Positions 23,113 to 35,079 of a stretch of DNA of 64,000 nucleotides are shown here, in pieces. The notes under the pieces were generated by a model. The model was not told the origin of the DNA, did not search any database, and saw nothing but the letters and a program-made list of their open reading frames with translations. Positions within the stretch are counted from its first letter, which is position 1. Each line of letters begins with the position of its first letter. Source of the DNA: Alphaproteobacteria bacterium (lineage in GTDB: Bacteria > Pseudomonadota > Alphaproteobacteria > CALKHQ01); the NCBI GenBank assembly GCA_965227515.1, contig CBDDFZ010000001.1:2336001-2400000 (forward strand), given 5' to 3'. A program made the position numbers and the translations under genes.

Positions 23113-23763
23113 CTATTCCGTCACGTCGGAAGCGTGATCCAGATACCGTCCCGGGCCGCGGTCGGTGCCGTGGTACTCGAACACCAGCGGCACGCCGGTA
23201 GGGATTTCCACCGTCGGGATTGCCTCGGTGTCGTACTCGCCCAGCACCACCAGCATGGCGCGCACCGTGTTGCCGTGGGCGGCGATCAGCACGTTCTGGC
23301 CGGCCTCGACCAGCGGCTTGATGTGCGCCTCCCAATACGGGCCGACGCGGGCCGCCACATCCTCTAGGCTCTCGCCGCCGGGCGGACGGGTGGAATAGCT
23401 GCGCCGCCACAGCCGCACCTGTTCGTCGCCGAACTTCTTCGCCGTCTCCGCCTTGTTGAGCCCGATCAGGTCGCCATAGTTGCGCTCGCGAAGGTCGTCG
23501 TGGCGGGTCATTGTCCAGCCATCGCCGTCGCGCAGATGGGCGTTGACCTCGCCGCTGGCCTCAAGCGCGATCTCGGCGGTGCGGATGGCGCGCGTCAGCG
23601 TGGACGTGAACACGGTGTCGAACCGGATATGCGTCATGCGCGCGCCGCCGGCGGCCGCCTCCGCTTCGCCGGTCTCCGTCAGGTCGACGTCTTTCCATCC
23701 GGTAAACCGGTTCTCCAGGTTCCACTGGCTCTGGCCGTGGCGCAACAGCACGAGATAGCTCAT
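23113..23763 (-). CDS. gpmA: 2,3-bisphosphoglycerate-dependent phosphoglycerate mutase
   Basis: LLRHGQSQWN, RFTGW, ERNYGDL, WRRSY, AHGN. Confidence 0.93.
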   Translation of the reverse strand: MSYLVLLRHGQSQWNLENRFTGWKDVDLTETGEAEAAAGGARMTHIRFDTVFTSTLTRAIRTAEIALEASGEVNAHLRDGDGWTMTRHDDLRERNYGDLIGLNKAETAKKFGDEQVRLWRRSYSTRPPGGESLEDVAARVGPYWEAHIKPLVEAGQNVLIAAHGNTVRAMLVVLGEYDTEAIPTVEIPTGVPLVFEYHGTDRGPGRYLDHASDVTE

Positions 23764-23869
23764 ATTCGCGGTTCCCTTGGGGCTGGGTCTCCATGATTTG
23801 AGCCAAGTTCGAACAGAAACACCTTCCAGGCGCAAGGCCCCCGTGCGATTTTTGTATGAACCGGCGGCT

Positions 23870-23878
23870 GGTATAATG
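23870..23878 (+). promoter_or_regulatory. extended -10 promoter element for the lipoprotein gene
   Basis: tgGTATAAT about 40 nt before GGAGG-N5-ATG (23921). Confidence 0.45.
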
Positions 23879-23920
23879 CGACCAAGAAAACTGAACATGT
23901 TCGTCGGTCTGGAGGGTTCG

Positions 23921-24412
23921 ATGTCCATACGTTCGATGGCCCCGCGGGCAGGGTCGCTTGTCGGTGTGCTTGGCGCGCTCGCCTTGCTGGCGGCCTGTCA
24001 ATCCGACACGACGACGGGCGGGCCGCAGACCGCGCCCCCTATCGAAATCGGCAGCGCGTCGATGCCGACCTGGATTACGATCTGGGAGCACGACCCGCAG
24101 ACCTGCAGCGCCACCACGGGTACCTGCTCCATGAACATCCGCATCGGCGAGGAAACACCCAGGGCCGATGTCATCACGGTCACATTCCCCTCGATCGACG
24201 GCGATGGGCCGCCGATCGGGGCGCCGTTCGTGTTCGTCGACGGCAGCAACGGCGCGACCGATCTGGACGACGCCCTGGCCAGCCTGCTGTCCGACGCCAA
24301 TGACAACCCGATTGGCGTTTGCGGTTGGACCAAGGGCACGGCGGCGGCGCTCTCCATCCACGTGCTGGCGGTCAGCCGCAATGCGCCGACCGAGCCCGGG
24401 GCCTGCAACTAG
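23921..24412 (+). CDS. hypothetical lipoprotein
   Basis: RBS GGAGG; lipobox LAAC; four further Cys. Confidence 0.75.
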   Translation: MSIRSMAPRAGSLVGVLGALALLAACQSDTTTGGPQTAPPIEIGSASMPTWITIWEHDPQTCSATTGTCSMNIRIGEETPRADVITVTFPSIDGDGPPIGAPFVFVDGSNGATDLDDALASLLSDANDNPIGVCGWTKGTAAALSIHVLAVSRNAPTEPGACN

Positions 24413-24502
24413 CTCATCGTCGCCTCCCGCTCTTCCACCTGTTGCGCTGATCCCTGCCTTGCCGGATAAGGGGGCGCGATCCGATTCCTGGGAGAGACTG
24501 GC

Positions 24503-25897
<1,395 letters not shown>

Positions 25898-25935
25898 GTC
25901 CCAATTGGCGCGTAGGTATTTCCACCCAAGTCATC

Positions 25936-26111
25936 GTCGCCCTCGCCCTTGTGGCGAGGGCCCATGGATGTGCCGGGCTCGTTTCGCTACCGGGACCACT
26001 GGTCTCGGTGCGAAACGCGATTCAGGTGAGCGCCAGTTGAGGTTTGGAACATCGTTCATGCTGTCGGCGCATGGGACAAGAATGGGTCCTCGCCACAAGG
26101 GCGAGGACGAC
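25936..26111. repeat. inverted pair of 30-bp hairpin-forming repeats (RPE/MITE-like)
   Basis: GTCGCCCTCGCCCTTGTGGCGAGGGCCCAT ... ATGGGTCCTCGCCACAAGGGCGAGGACGAC (2 mismatches). Confidence 0.85.
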
Positions 26112-26146
26112 GGGTCTTTTGCTGTTGAGCGGTATGAAGCTCGGCA

Positions 26147-26416
26147 GTGGCCAAGGCCGTGACCGCTATTCTTGCCAACGATGAGGTTGCCAGGCTCACC
26201 GGCCCCGGCGCCCGCGCGACCAAGCGCTCGGTCACCATTGCCGGCCACCGCACCAGCGTGTCGCTGGAGCAGGCCTACTGGGACACGCTGCAGGCGGAGG
26301 CGGCGCGGCGCGGCGTTTCGCTGGCGGCCCTGATCGCCGCCATAGACGAGGCGCGCACCGGCAACCTCTCCGGCGCGCTCAGGGTATTCGTGCTGGGACT
26401 GGGAACGTCAGGCTGA
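26147..26416 (+). CDS. ribbon-helix-helix (RHH_4-type) domain protein
   Basis: KRSVTIAGHRTSVSLE...NLSGALRVFVL. Confidence 0.85.
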   Translation: MAKAVTAILANDEVARLTGPGARATKRSVTIAGHRTSVSLEQAYWDTLQAEAARRGVSLAALIAAIDEARTGNLSGALRVFVLGLGTSG

Positions 26417-26797
26417 CGCGGCCGCCACCAGTTCGACCTCGACCTTGAACTCGGGCCGCGCGAAGCCGGACACGATCATCAGCGTGCTGGCGGGCGGCGG
26501 GTCGGTGACGTAGCGGTCGCGCACGGCCATGTAGTCTGGCAGATGCGCGCGGTCTGTGACGTAGGCGTTCAGGCGCACCACGTCGCCGAAGCCCATGCCG
26601 GCCTCGGCCAGGATGCGGCCCAGCGCCTGGAAGATCAGGTCGGCCTGTTCGCCGGCGCCCTCGGGAATGTGCTTGTCAGGGGTGATGCCGAGCTGGCCGG
26701 AGACGAACAGCATGCGGCTGCCGGCCGGCACCTCCACCGCGTGGGCGTAGCGCGCGAACGGCGGATGCACCGCCGCGACGTCGGTGAGGTGTTTCAC
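26408..26797 (-). CDS. RidA/YjgF family protein
   Basis: YAHAV, FVSGQ, PPAST, KVEVE. Confidence 0.88.
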   Translation of the reverse strand: MKHLTDVAAVHPPFARYAHAVEVPAGSRMLFVSGQLGITPDKHIPEGAGEQADLIFQALGRILAEAGMGFGDVVRLNAYVTDRAHLPDYMAVRDRYVTDPPPASTLMIVSGFARPEFKVEVELVAAASA

Positions 26798-27516
26798 AGG
26801 CTAGTCCCCTCGGTCTCGACCTGACCGAGGATGGCGGCGGGGTCTGGCAGGTCGACGAACACGCAGTCCGCCAACCAGCGGCCAATATTGCGCGTCAGCG
26901 CCGCCGGGCCATGCGCCTCGAACGTGCCGTCGGCCTTGGCCGCGCGATACGTGGTTCGTCCCATCCAGGCGTCGGTCATGGTGCGCACTGAAGTGTTGAT
27001 GTAGATGTCGACGTCATGGCCGGGATCGCTGGTGCAAACGTCCACTGCGTCGCCGCCGACAACGATCCACCAGTGTTGCAATCCCTCGAGGTCCGCAAAC
27101 TGAAACCGGATCACCGCCTTGCCTCCCGGCAGCATTTCCGGGCGGATGCTTCGTTCCAGATAGAGCATCAGGAGCTCGACGTTGTAGTCCTGGTCGTTCA
27201 TGTGATCGCGCGTCCACTCCATGCCCCAGCGGCCAAGCGCCAACAGGATGGGCAGCAATTGGCGGCACGGTTCGGTCGGCAAGTATTCGTGGCCGCGCTG
27301 GCCAGGAATGCGACGCTTGTAGACCAGGCCATAGCGCACAAGCGTGTCCAGGCGCTTGGCCAGGATGGTCGGCGAGATCTGGCCAAGACCCCGCTCCAGC
27401 GCGCTGAAGCGGTGGCCGCCCATGAGCAGTTCGCGCACGATCAGCAGGGTCCACTTTTCGCCCAGGATTTCCGTCGCTTTGGCAATGGGACAAAACTGGC
27501 CGTATTGAGCGGTCAC
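26794..27516 (-). CDS. HxlR-type wHTH regulator with C-terminal SCP2-like domain
   Basis: YGQFCPIAKATEILGEKWTLLIVREL; C-terminal WWIVV...DVCTSDPG. Confidence 0.87.
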   Translation of the reverse strand: MTAQYGQFCPIAKATEILGEKWTLLIVRELLMGGHRFSALERGLGQISPTILAKRLDTLVRYGLVYKRRIPGQRGHEYLPTEPCRQLLPILLALGRWGMEWTRDHMNDQDYNVELLMLYLERSIRPEMLPGGKAVIRFQFADLEGLQHWWIVVGGDAVDVCTSDPGHDVDIYINTSVRTMTDAWMGRTTYRAAKADGTFEAHGPAALTRNIGRWLADCVFVDLPDPAAILGQVETEGTSL

Positions 27517-27665
27517 GCTCGTAACTCCAAAAAACGTAGTTGGTTGCTCCTGATCCTATAGCCGGTCGCTCCCGGTTGTGAAGTATCTGCGCGTCGCCAT
27601 GGCTCCTATCGCTGTTGTCACCCGGTCCACGGCGGATCGGACGCCGACAATCGAGGAGACATGAA

Positions 27666-28250
27666 ATGACGACCGACAAAATTGCCGACGACCGTCAGGC
27701 GGCAAGCCAGGCACAACAGACCTTGCGCGAGCTGGAGGACAAACTCGGCTTCGTGCCGAACGTGTTTGGCGTACTGGGCGACACGCCAAACATTCTTCAG
27801 GCGCTGGCGACCATGAACGCATGCTTCGCCCAGGGCGGTCTGGATGAGGTGGAGCGGGAGATCGTCCAGCTTGCCGTCAGTGTGGTGAACGGGTGCGGCT
27901 ATTGCGTGGCCGGCCATACCGCGTTTGCCACCGCACTCGGCATGCCGGAAGTGGATATCGATGCCCTGCGCCAGTCGCGCCCGCTGGCCGACCCTCGGCA
28001 TGAGGCGCTGCGCCGCTTCGCAACGACCCTGGCCGCCGGCAAGGGGCGCGGCGCGGCCGCCGAACACGCTGCGTTCCGGGCCGCCGGCTACAGCCACGCG
28101 CAAACGTTGGATGTGGTGCTGGGCACTGCGGTGAAGGTGTTCACCAACACGTTGGCGATCCTGCTGAGGATTCCGGCGGACGATGCCTTCCGGCCCTACG
28201 CCTGGGTCGCGCCGACGGCCGAAGCTCCCCAGCACACCGCCGCTGCCTGA
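27666..28250 (+). CDS. carboxymuconolactone decarboxylase/AhpD-like protein
   Basis: GFVPN, EIVQLAVS..NGCGYCVAGH. Confidence 0.87.
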   Translation: MTTDKIADDRQAASQAQQTLRELEDKLGFVPNVFGVLGDTPNILQALATMNACFAQGGLDEVEREIVQLAVSVVNGCGYCVAGHTAFATALGMPEVDIDALRQSRPLADPRHEALRRFATTLAAGKGRGAAAEHAAFRAAGYSHAQTLDVVLGTAVKVFTNTLAILLRIPADDAFRPYAWVAPTAEAPQHTAAA

Positions 28251-28277
28251 ACCGGCGCGCAACAAGGAGTGATCCCG

Positions 28278-29327
28278 ATGAATCAGGACAAGCTAATGAC
28301 GTTGCTCGGCCGCATCGTCGGCGACCTGGGGGCTGCCTACTCTGTGCCCCTGGTTCGCCTGGGCGAACAACTTGGCCTCTATGCCGCGCTGCGGGACCAC
28401 GGCCCGCTGACCAGCGAGGACCTGGCCTCAAGGGCGGGTTGTGCGGAGCGCTATGTCCGCGAGTGGGCAGCCAACCAGGCCGCGGGCGGCTATATCGAGC
28501 ACGACGCCGGCACCGGAACCTTCGCGCTGACGCCGGAACAGGCGGCGGTCTTCGCCGACCCGGACGGTCCAGTCTATATGCTGGGTGCGTTCGACAACGC
28601 GGTGTCCGGGATCGAGAACCAGGCCAAGGTGCACGCGGCGTTCCAAAACGGTGACGGCGTCGCGTGGGGCGATCAGGCGAGTTGCATGTTCTGTGCAGTG
28701 GCCAAGTTCTTTCGTCCCGGCTATCGCGCCAACCTGATCGACAACTGGCTGCCGGCGCTGGATGGCGTGGTCGAAAAACTCCGGCTAGGCGGCCGCATTG
28801 CCGATGTCGGTTGCGGCCACGGCCACTCGACCCTGCTGATGGCCGAGGCGTTTCCCGATGCCTATGTCGTCGGCTTCGACTTCCATGCCGCTTCGATCGC
28901 GGAAGCCAACGCTCATGCATCGGTGCACGGCCTGTCCAACCTGCGCTTTGAAGAGGCAACGGCCAAGGACTTCGGCGGCGGAACCTACGACCTCGTCACC
29001 TTCTTCGACTGCCTGCACGACATGGGCGATCCTGACGGCGCAATGGCGAACGCGCGGAACCTGCTGGCACCGGGCGGCACGATCATGATTGTAGAGCCTA
29101 TGGCGCAGGACGAACTTGTGGGGAACCTGAACCCGGTCGGACGGCTCTACTATGCCGCTTCGACCATGATCTGCCTGCCAACGTCATTGGCGCAGGAGAA
29201 GGGTGCTGCGCTGGGCGCACAGGCCGGCGAGGCCAGGTTGCGCGAAGTGATCAAGGCCGGCGGGTTCTCGCGTGTGCGTCGCGCCGCGGAGACGCCGTTC
29301 AACATGGTGTTGGAAGCAAGAGCCTGA
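28278..29327 (+). CDS. SAM-dependent methyltransferase with N-terminal wHTH (Rv2258c-like)
   Basis: ERYVREW, DVGCGHG, FDCLHDMGDP, LGAQAGE. Confidence 0.9.
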   Translation: MNQDKLMTLLGRIVGDLGAAYSVPLVRLGEQLGLYAALRDHGPLTSEDLASRAGCAERYVREWAANQAAGGYIEHDAGTGTFALTPEQAAVFADPDGPVYMLGAFDNAVSGIENQAKVHAAFQNGDGVAWGDQASCMFCAVAKFFRPGYRANLIDNWLPALDGVVEKLRLGGRIADVGCGHGHSTLLMAEAFPDAYVVGFDFHAASIAEANAHASVHGLSNLRFEEATAKDFGGGTYDLVTFFDCLHDMGDPDGAMANARNLLAPGGTIMIVEPMAQDELVGNLNPVGRLYYAASTMICLPTSLAQEKGAALGAQAGEARLREVIKAGGFSRVRRAAETPFNMVLEARA

Positions 29328-29400
29328 GCGATCTCTGGCCCGGCGTGCAAAAGGTCCAGCTATACGCAGTAGCGGACGGGCCCGATGCACGCTGGGCCGC

Positions 29401-29517
29401 TCAGCACAGGCTGAGGCCGATCGCGGCCAAAAGCAGCGCGTAGACCATCAAGCCCGACGTGAAATCGGCATTGCGGATCCAATAGGATCGGGGGTCGTAT
29501 GTGACGTCGTGTGGCAT
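29401..29517 (-). CDS. putative 38-aa single-TM small protein
   Basis: MPHDVTYDPRSYWIRNADFTSGLMVYALLLAAIGLSLC; AGGA upstream. Confidence 0.4.
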   Translation of the reverse strand: MPHDVTYDPRSYWIRNADFTSGLMVYALLLAAIGLSLC

Positions 29518-29684
29518 GGCCGGAATCCTGACAAAATTTGCCTCAATTACATGGGATCGCCCGGTCGCGGCCACAAGGCGGGCTGGCACAAACAAACGTG
29601 CGAAGGTGTGATGGCCGTCGCACTTCGCAGCCCGAGCCGGCATACTGCGCCGGGCAATAACGCGGGAACACGAGGAACGCTGCC

Positions 29685-30548
29685 ATGATTTGGACTGCCC
29701 AGACTTCGATACACCGAAGTTCGAATGGCCGGACGCTGCGTTCCGCCGCGGCACTCGCGCTCGGCTTGCTCGCCGCGCCGCTAGTGGCAAGTGCGGCGCT
29801 GGCCGACACGGTTTGGGACCACAACGGCTCCGAGATGCTGTGGCAGGCGAACGGCGACACCCGCGTCATCTCCTACCTGAACCCGCGCAGTGGCCTGCCG
29901 GTGGCACCCGGCACCGTGCTGTTCGAGGGCGAGCGCGACGGCGATGTCATGCAGGGCTATGCCCGTATCTTCCGCGATGGCTGTGAGCCGGCGCTCTACT
30001 GGGTGTCGGGCATCGTGGCGTCGGAGACCCACGTGGTGCTGCGCGGCGCGGCGCCCGTGCGTGCCGAGGGCAACTCCTGCGAGGTGGTGGGTTACGACCC
30101 GCGCTCGGGCAACTCGATCCTGGTGTTCGACTATCTGCGCCAGGCCAGTCCTGGCGAGGGCCAGATCAATGTGCTGCCGCCCGAGAACGTGCTCGACCCC
30201 CGACCCATCGGCCCGACCGACGAGGACCTCGGCCAGGACCCGCCGCCCGAGGAGCAGGGGACCCGGACCCAGTTCTTCGAGGTGCCGGGCATCGGCCAGG
30301 CGATTGTCGACATCAGGCTCGGCGTTGGCAGCCACGCGATGCCGGACCTCGCCGAAGTGGCCCTGATCTGCGCCGACGGCCGTCGTGTCGCCCTGCAGCC
30401 TGACACCGACGCCTATGCCTGCTCCTATGGCGACGCGCGCCACGACTTGATCTGGTCGTCGATCTATATCGAGCGCATGGTCTATGACCACAACACCGGC
30501 GCGTGCGTGCCGGACGAGGTGCTGTTCAGCTACGCCGGGGCGTGCTGA
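29685..30548 (+). CDS. hypothetical exported two-domain protein (WDHNGS motif)
   Basis: Signal peptide ending ALA-D; beta-rich N-domain, Pro/acidic linker, Cys-containing C-domain. Confidence 0.75.
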   Translation: MIWTAQTSIHRSSNGRTLRSAAALALGLLAAPLVASAALADTVWDHNGSEMLWQANGDTRVISYLNPRSGLPVAPGTVLFEGERDGDVMQGYARIFRDGCEPALYWVSGIVASETHVVLRGAAPVRAEGNSCEVVGYDPRSGNSILVFDYLRQASPGEGQINVLPPENVLDPRPIGPTDEDLGQDPPPEEQGTRTQFFEVPGIGQAIVDIRLGVGSHAMPDLAEVALICADGRRVALQPDTDAYACSYGDARHDLIWSSIYIERMVYDHNTGACVPDEVLFSYAGAC

Positions 30549-31310
30549 TCAGGCTCCCCGCAACGCCAAGGCCCGGTCGGGCTGATCCGTGGTCAGTTCG
30601 TCGATGTCCGCGTCGAGCCAGGCACGGATGGCGTCGTCGCCGTTGACCGTCCAGACCCCGATGCCGAGTTCGAGCTCGCGCGCCCGCAGCAGCAGAGGCT
30701 CGTGCGCCGCGGGGCCCTGGCCGATGTTGTCCGGCACCCGCTGGCCGAGGCCGATCATGCCGGCGCCGAGCGTTGCGGCGTCTTCCACGTTCAGCAGCAT
30801 GTCCTCGGTCGACATGCCGTTGCGCCAGCTATAGAGGGCGGCCATCGGTACCGACGGGCGGGCCTGGCGCAACGCAACCAGGATCTCGCGGTCGAAGGTG
30901 ATGATCACGGTGCGGCCGGCCATGGCGTGGCGGTCGACCGAGTCCAGCACCCGGCCGACATAGTAGTCGGCGGGCAGGTCGCCCTGCTCGCGCTTCATCT
31001 CCAGGCGCAGGCCGACCGGGCTTGCCGCGACGACCGCCAGCACATCGTCAAGGGTCGGGATCGGCTCGTCGTTGGCACTGAGCGTGATCTCCGCCAGCGC
31101 GCGGTCGTTCTTGTCGCGGAACAGGCCGCTGGCGGCGGTCAGCCGGTCGAGGTCCTCGTCATGGAACACCCACGGCGTGCCATCGGAACTGAGCCGCGTG
31201 TCCAGTTCCACCGCGTCCAGCTCCGGCATCGCGACGGCGTTGCGGAAGGCGGTCAGGCTGTTCTCGGGCCACAAATCGGCGCCGCCGCGATGGGCCGTGA
31301 TGCCGGTCAT
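30549..31310 (-). CDS. glycerophosphodiester phosphodiesterase
   Basis: AHRG, PENSL, ELD, FHD, WTVN, TTDQP. Confidence 0.9.
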   Translation of the reverse strand: MTGITAHRGGADLWPENSLTAFRNAVAMPELDAVELDTRLSSDGTPWVFHDEDLDRLTAASGLFRDKNDRALAEITLSANDEPIPTLDDVLAVVAASPVGLRLEMKREQGDLPADYYVGRVLDSVDRHAMAGRTVIITFDREILVALRQARPSVPMAALYSWRNGMSTEDMLLNVEDAATLGAGMIGLGQRVPDNIGQGPAAHEPLLLRARELELGIGVWTVNGDDAIRAWLDADIDELTTDQPDRALALRGA

Positions 31311-32107
31311 GACACTTCCTCCGCTTCGCTTTCGCGCGGCCTGCCGCCGGTGCCGGGCTTGCGGGTCAGTGCGGAGACAACGCCGTGCAGGGTGCGCAGT
31401 TCCTGGTCGGTCAGGGCGGTGCGCTGGAACAGGTTGCGCAAATTGCGCACCACGGTCGGCCGCTGCTCGACATTGCGCAGGAAGCCGGTGGCGTCCAGCT
31501 CGCGCTCCAGCCGCTCCATGAACCCGATAAGCTCGTCCTTGGTGGCGGGCGGCGAGCCCTTGTCCTCGAACGTGCGCGCCTCGGTGTCGTCGGCCACCTG
31601 ATACCACTCGTAGCCGACCAGCAGCACCGACTGGCCGAGGTTGAGCGAAGCGAAGGCCGGGTTCAGCGGCACGGTCACCACGGCGTCGGCCAGCACCACG
31701 TCGTCGTTGGTGAGGCCGGAGCGTTCCGGGCCGAAGATGATGGCGCTGGCCAGCCCCGCCCGTGCCTTTTCCCGCAGTTCGGCCGCCGCCTCGCGCGCGG
31801 TGTAGATCGGCTTGGCCATGAAGCGGTGGCGCGCCGTGGTCGCCAGCACATAGCGCCGGTCGGCCAGCGCGGCGGCCGTGGTGTCGAACAGGCTGACTTT
31901 CACCGCCTCGTCCAGCGCGCCGGAGGCCATCGCCTGCGCCTTCTCGTTCGGCCAGCCGTCGCGCGGATTGACCAGCCGCAGGTCGGTCAGCCCGCAGTTC
32001 AGCATGGCGCGCGCGGCGGCGCCGATGTTCTCGCCGAGCTGCGGCTCGACCAGCACCACCGCCGGCCCGCCCAGCCGCGGCTGCTTGGTGGAGTCAGTCC
32101 CGGCCAT
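31307..32107 (-). CDS. trmJ: TrmJ-family SPOUT tRNA/RNA methyltransferase
   Basis: PQLGENIGAAARAM, FGPERSGL, SLNLGQSV. Confidence 0.85.
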   Translation of the reverse strand: MAGTDSTKQPRLGGPAVVLVEPQLGENIGAAARAMLNCGLTDLRLVNPRDGWPNEKAQAMASGALDEAVKVSLFDTTAAALADRRYVLATTARHRFMAKPIYTAREAAAELREKARAGLASAIIFGPERSGLTNDDVVLADAVVTVPLNPAFASLNLGQSVLLVGYEWYQVADDTEARTFEDKGSPPATKDELIGFMERLERELDATGFLRNVEQRPTVVRNLRNLFQRTALTDQELRTLHGVVSALTRKPGTGGRPRESEAEEVS

Positions 32108-32123
32108 TTGCGGAGATCGGTCC

Positions 32124-32209
32124 GTAGCCCGGGTGGAGCAAAGCGAAACCCGGGGACAGTCGTCGGTTATCGCACCAACCTGGGTTCCGTTGCACTCCAC
32201 CCAGGCTAC
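32124..32209. repeat. inverted GTAG-type REP doublet
   Basis: GTAGCCCGGGTGGAGCAAAGCGAAACCCGGG ... CCTGGGTTCCGTTGCACTCCACCCAGGCTAC. Confidence 0.8.
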
Positions 32210-32226
32210 ATGCTGGGACGAGCGGC

Positions 32227-33839
<1,613 letters not shown>

Positions 33840-33843
<4 letters not shown>

Positions 33844-34178
33844 GATCGGTTTCCTGGCGCAAGCATGGCCCGCGTCACCATCGGCAGGGCGCGCAGGCAG
33901 GCGAGCACATGGTCGGCCGCGGCGGGCGCCAGCCCATCGACGACCAGCTCCAGGCGCGCGCGGTCCGGCGTGTGCACCTCGAACAGGCAGCGCAATGGCG
34001 TCATGCCGCGCTTGGCGATCAGCTCGACGGCGCGCGGCAGCAGGCCCGGATCGGGCGCGCCGTCCAGCACGAAAGCGTGCACGTGGCCCGCCATTGCGGC
34101 GTTGTCGTCGCAGTCAGGTTGGAAAGCAGAGGCGGAAGGGTCAGCCGGTGAGCCCGGCTGCGGCTGTAGAGCGCTCAT
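33840..34178 (-). CDS. small ACT-like domain protein overlapping the cimA start
   Basis: DPGLLPRAVELIAKRGMTP resembles an ACT beta-alpha start; GGAG RBS; 4-bp overlap with cimA. Confidence 0.7.
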
Positions 34179-34334
34179 GGTCATCTCCGTCGCGCATCGA
34201 TCGAACAGGCGGCACTGATCCCGGCCCCGTCGTGGGGACCGGGTCACTAATTCGCCGATCGATGGTCACAGAGACACGCATGGCGCGCCTTCTACGCCCA
34301 ATTGGGCGCGGGGGTCAAGATTGGCGTCGAGTTC

Positions 34335-34931
34335 CTAGAAAGAGGAGTTCGGCTGCTTCAGGAACTCGATCTCCTCCGGCGTGGACGCGCGGCCGAGGAT
34401 CTCGTTGCGGTGGGGGAAGCGGCCGAACCGTTCCACGATCTCCAGGTGGCGGCGCGCATAGTCGACGGAGTTGTCGGCGACTTCCTTGTCGGCCGGCCGG
34501 GCACAGGCGGCCTGGCGTTCGAACAGGCGCACGCACAGCCGCTGCAGGGCGACGTTCTCTGCGTGCATGAAAGGCATGTAGATGAAGCCCTTCTCGTCGT
34601 AGGTCAGGTGGGTGTCGACGCCGGCGTCCAGCGACCGCAGCGCCAGGTCCTGCGCCTCGTCGTCCAGGGCGTACATGCCGGGCGTGCCGCGCCGGCAGTT
34701 GCGGGTGAACTGGTCCATCACGATGATCAGCGCCAACGTGCCGCGCGGCGTGTCGCACCACCCCGCCAACGCACCCTCTGCGGCGCGGTCGATGGCGCCG
34801 CCGAAGCGCTGGCGAATGGTCTCGTCCACCTCGGGCTGGTGTTTCCACCACATCTCCAGATTGCGGCGCGGATAGTCGGCCGCCCCCAGATCGTCGAACC
34901 AGTAGCTGAGAACATCTTCGGGTGAGGTCAT
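34335..34931 (-). CDS. DUF924 family protein
   Basis: VLSYWF, MDQFTRN, YMPFMHAE, FGRFPHRN.ILGR.ST.EE. Confidence 0.9.
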   Translation of the reverse strand: MTSPEDVLSYWFDDLGAADYPRRNLEMWWKHQPEVDETIRQRFGGAIDRAAEGALAGWCDTPRGTLALIIVMDQFTRNCRRGTPGMYALDDEAQDLALRSLDAGVDTHLTYDEKGFIYMPFMHAENVALQRLCVRLFERQAACARPADKEVADNSVDYARRHLEIVERFGRFPHRNEILGRASTPEEIEFLKQPNSSF

Positions 34932-35079
34932 CGCGCGCGCCGGCTTGGTGAGTGAGCCAGGCAACTTCGCCGGACGGGCGAACACCGTCAACCCGTGGCG
35001 GGCGGTGCGCGCGGGCTTGGCGAGCGCGGTGGCCTTTGGCTATTGTGCGCGGCTTGCGAGGCAAAGGGGATGGAAGGGC

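Noticed and set aside
23764-23928. N-terminal extensions in the ORF track (gpmA; also MBL, nitrilase, ftsQ, Rieske, ugpC)
   Set aside because: Homology-consistent starts with RBS lie downstream; the extensions overlap neighbours or promoters.
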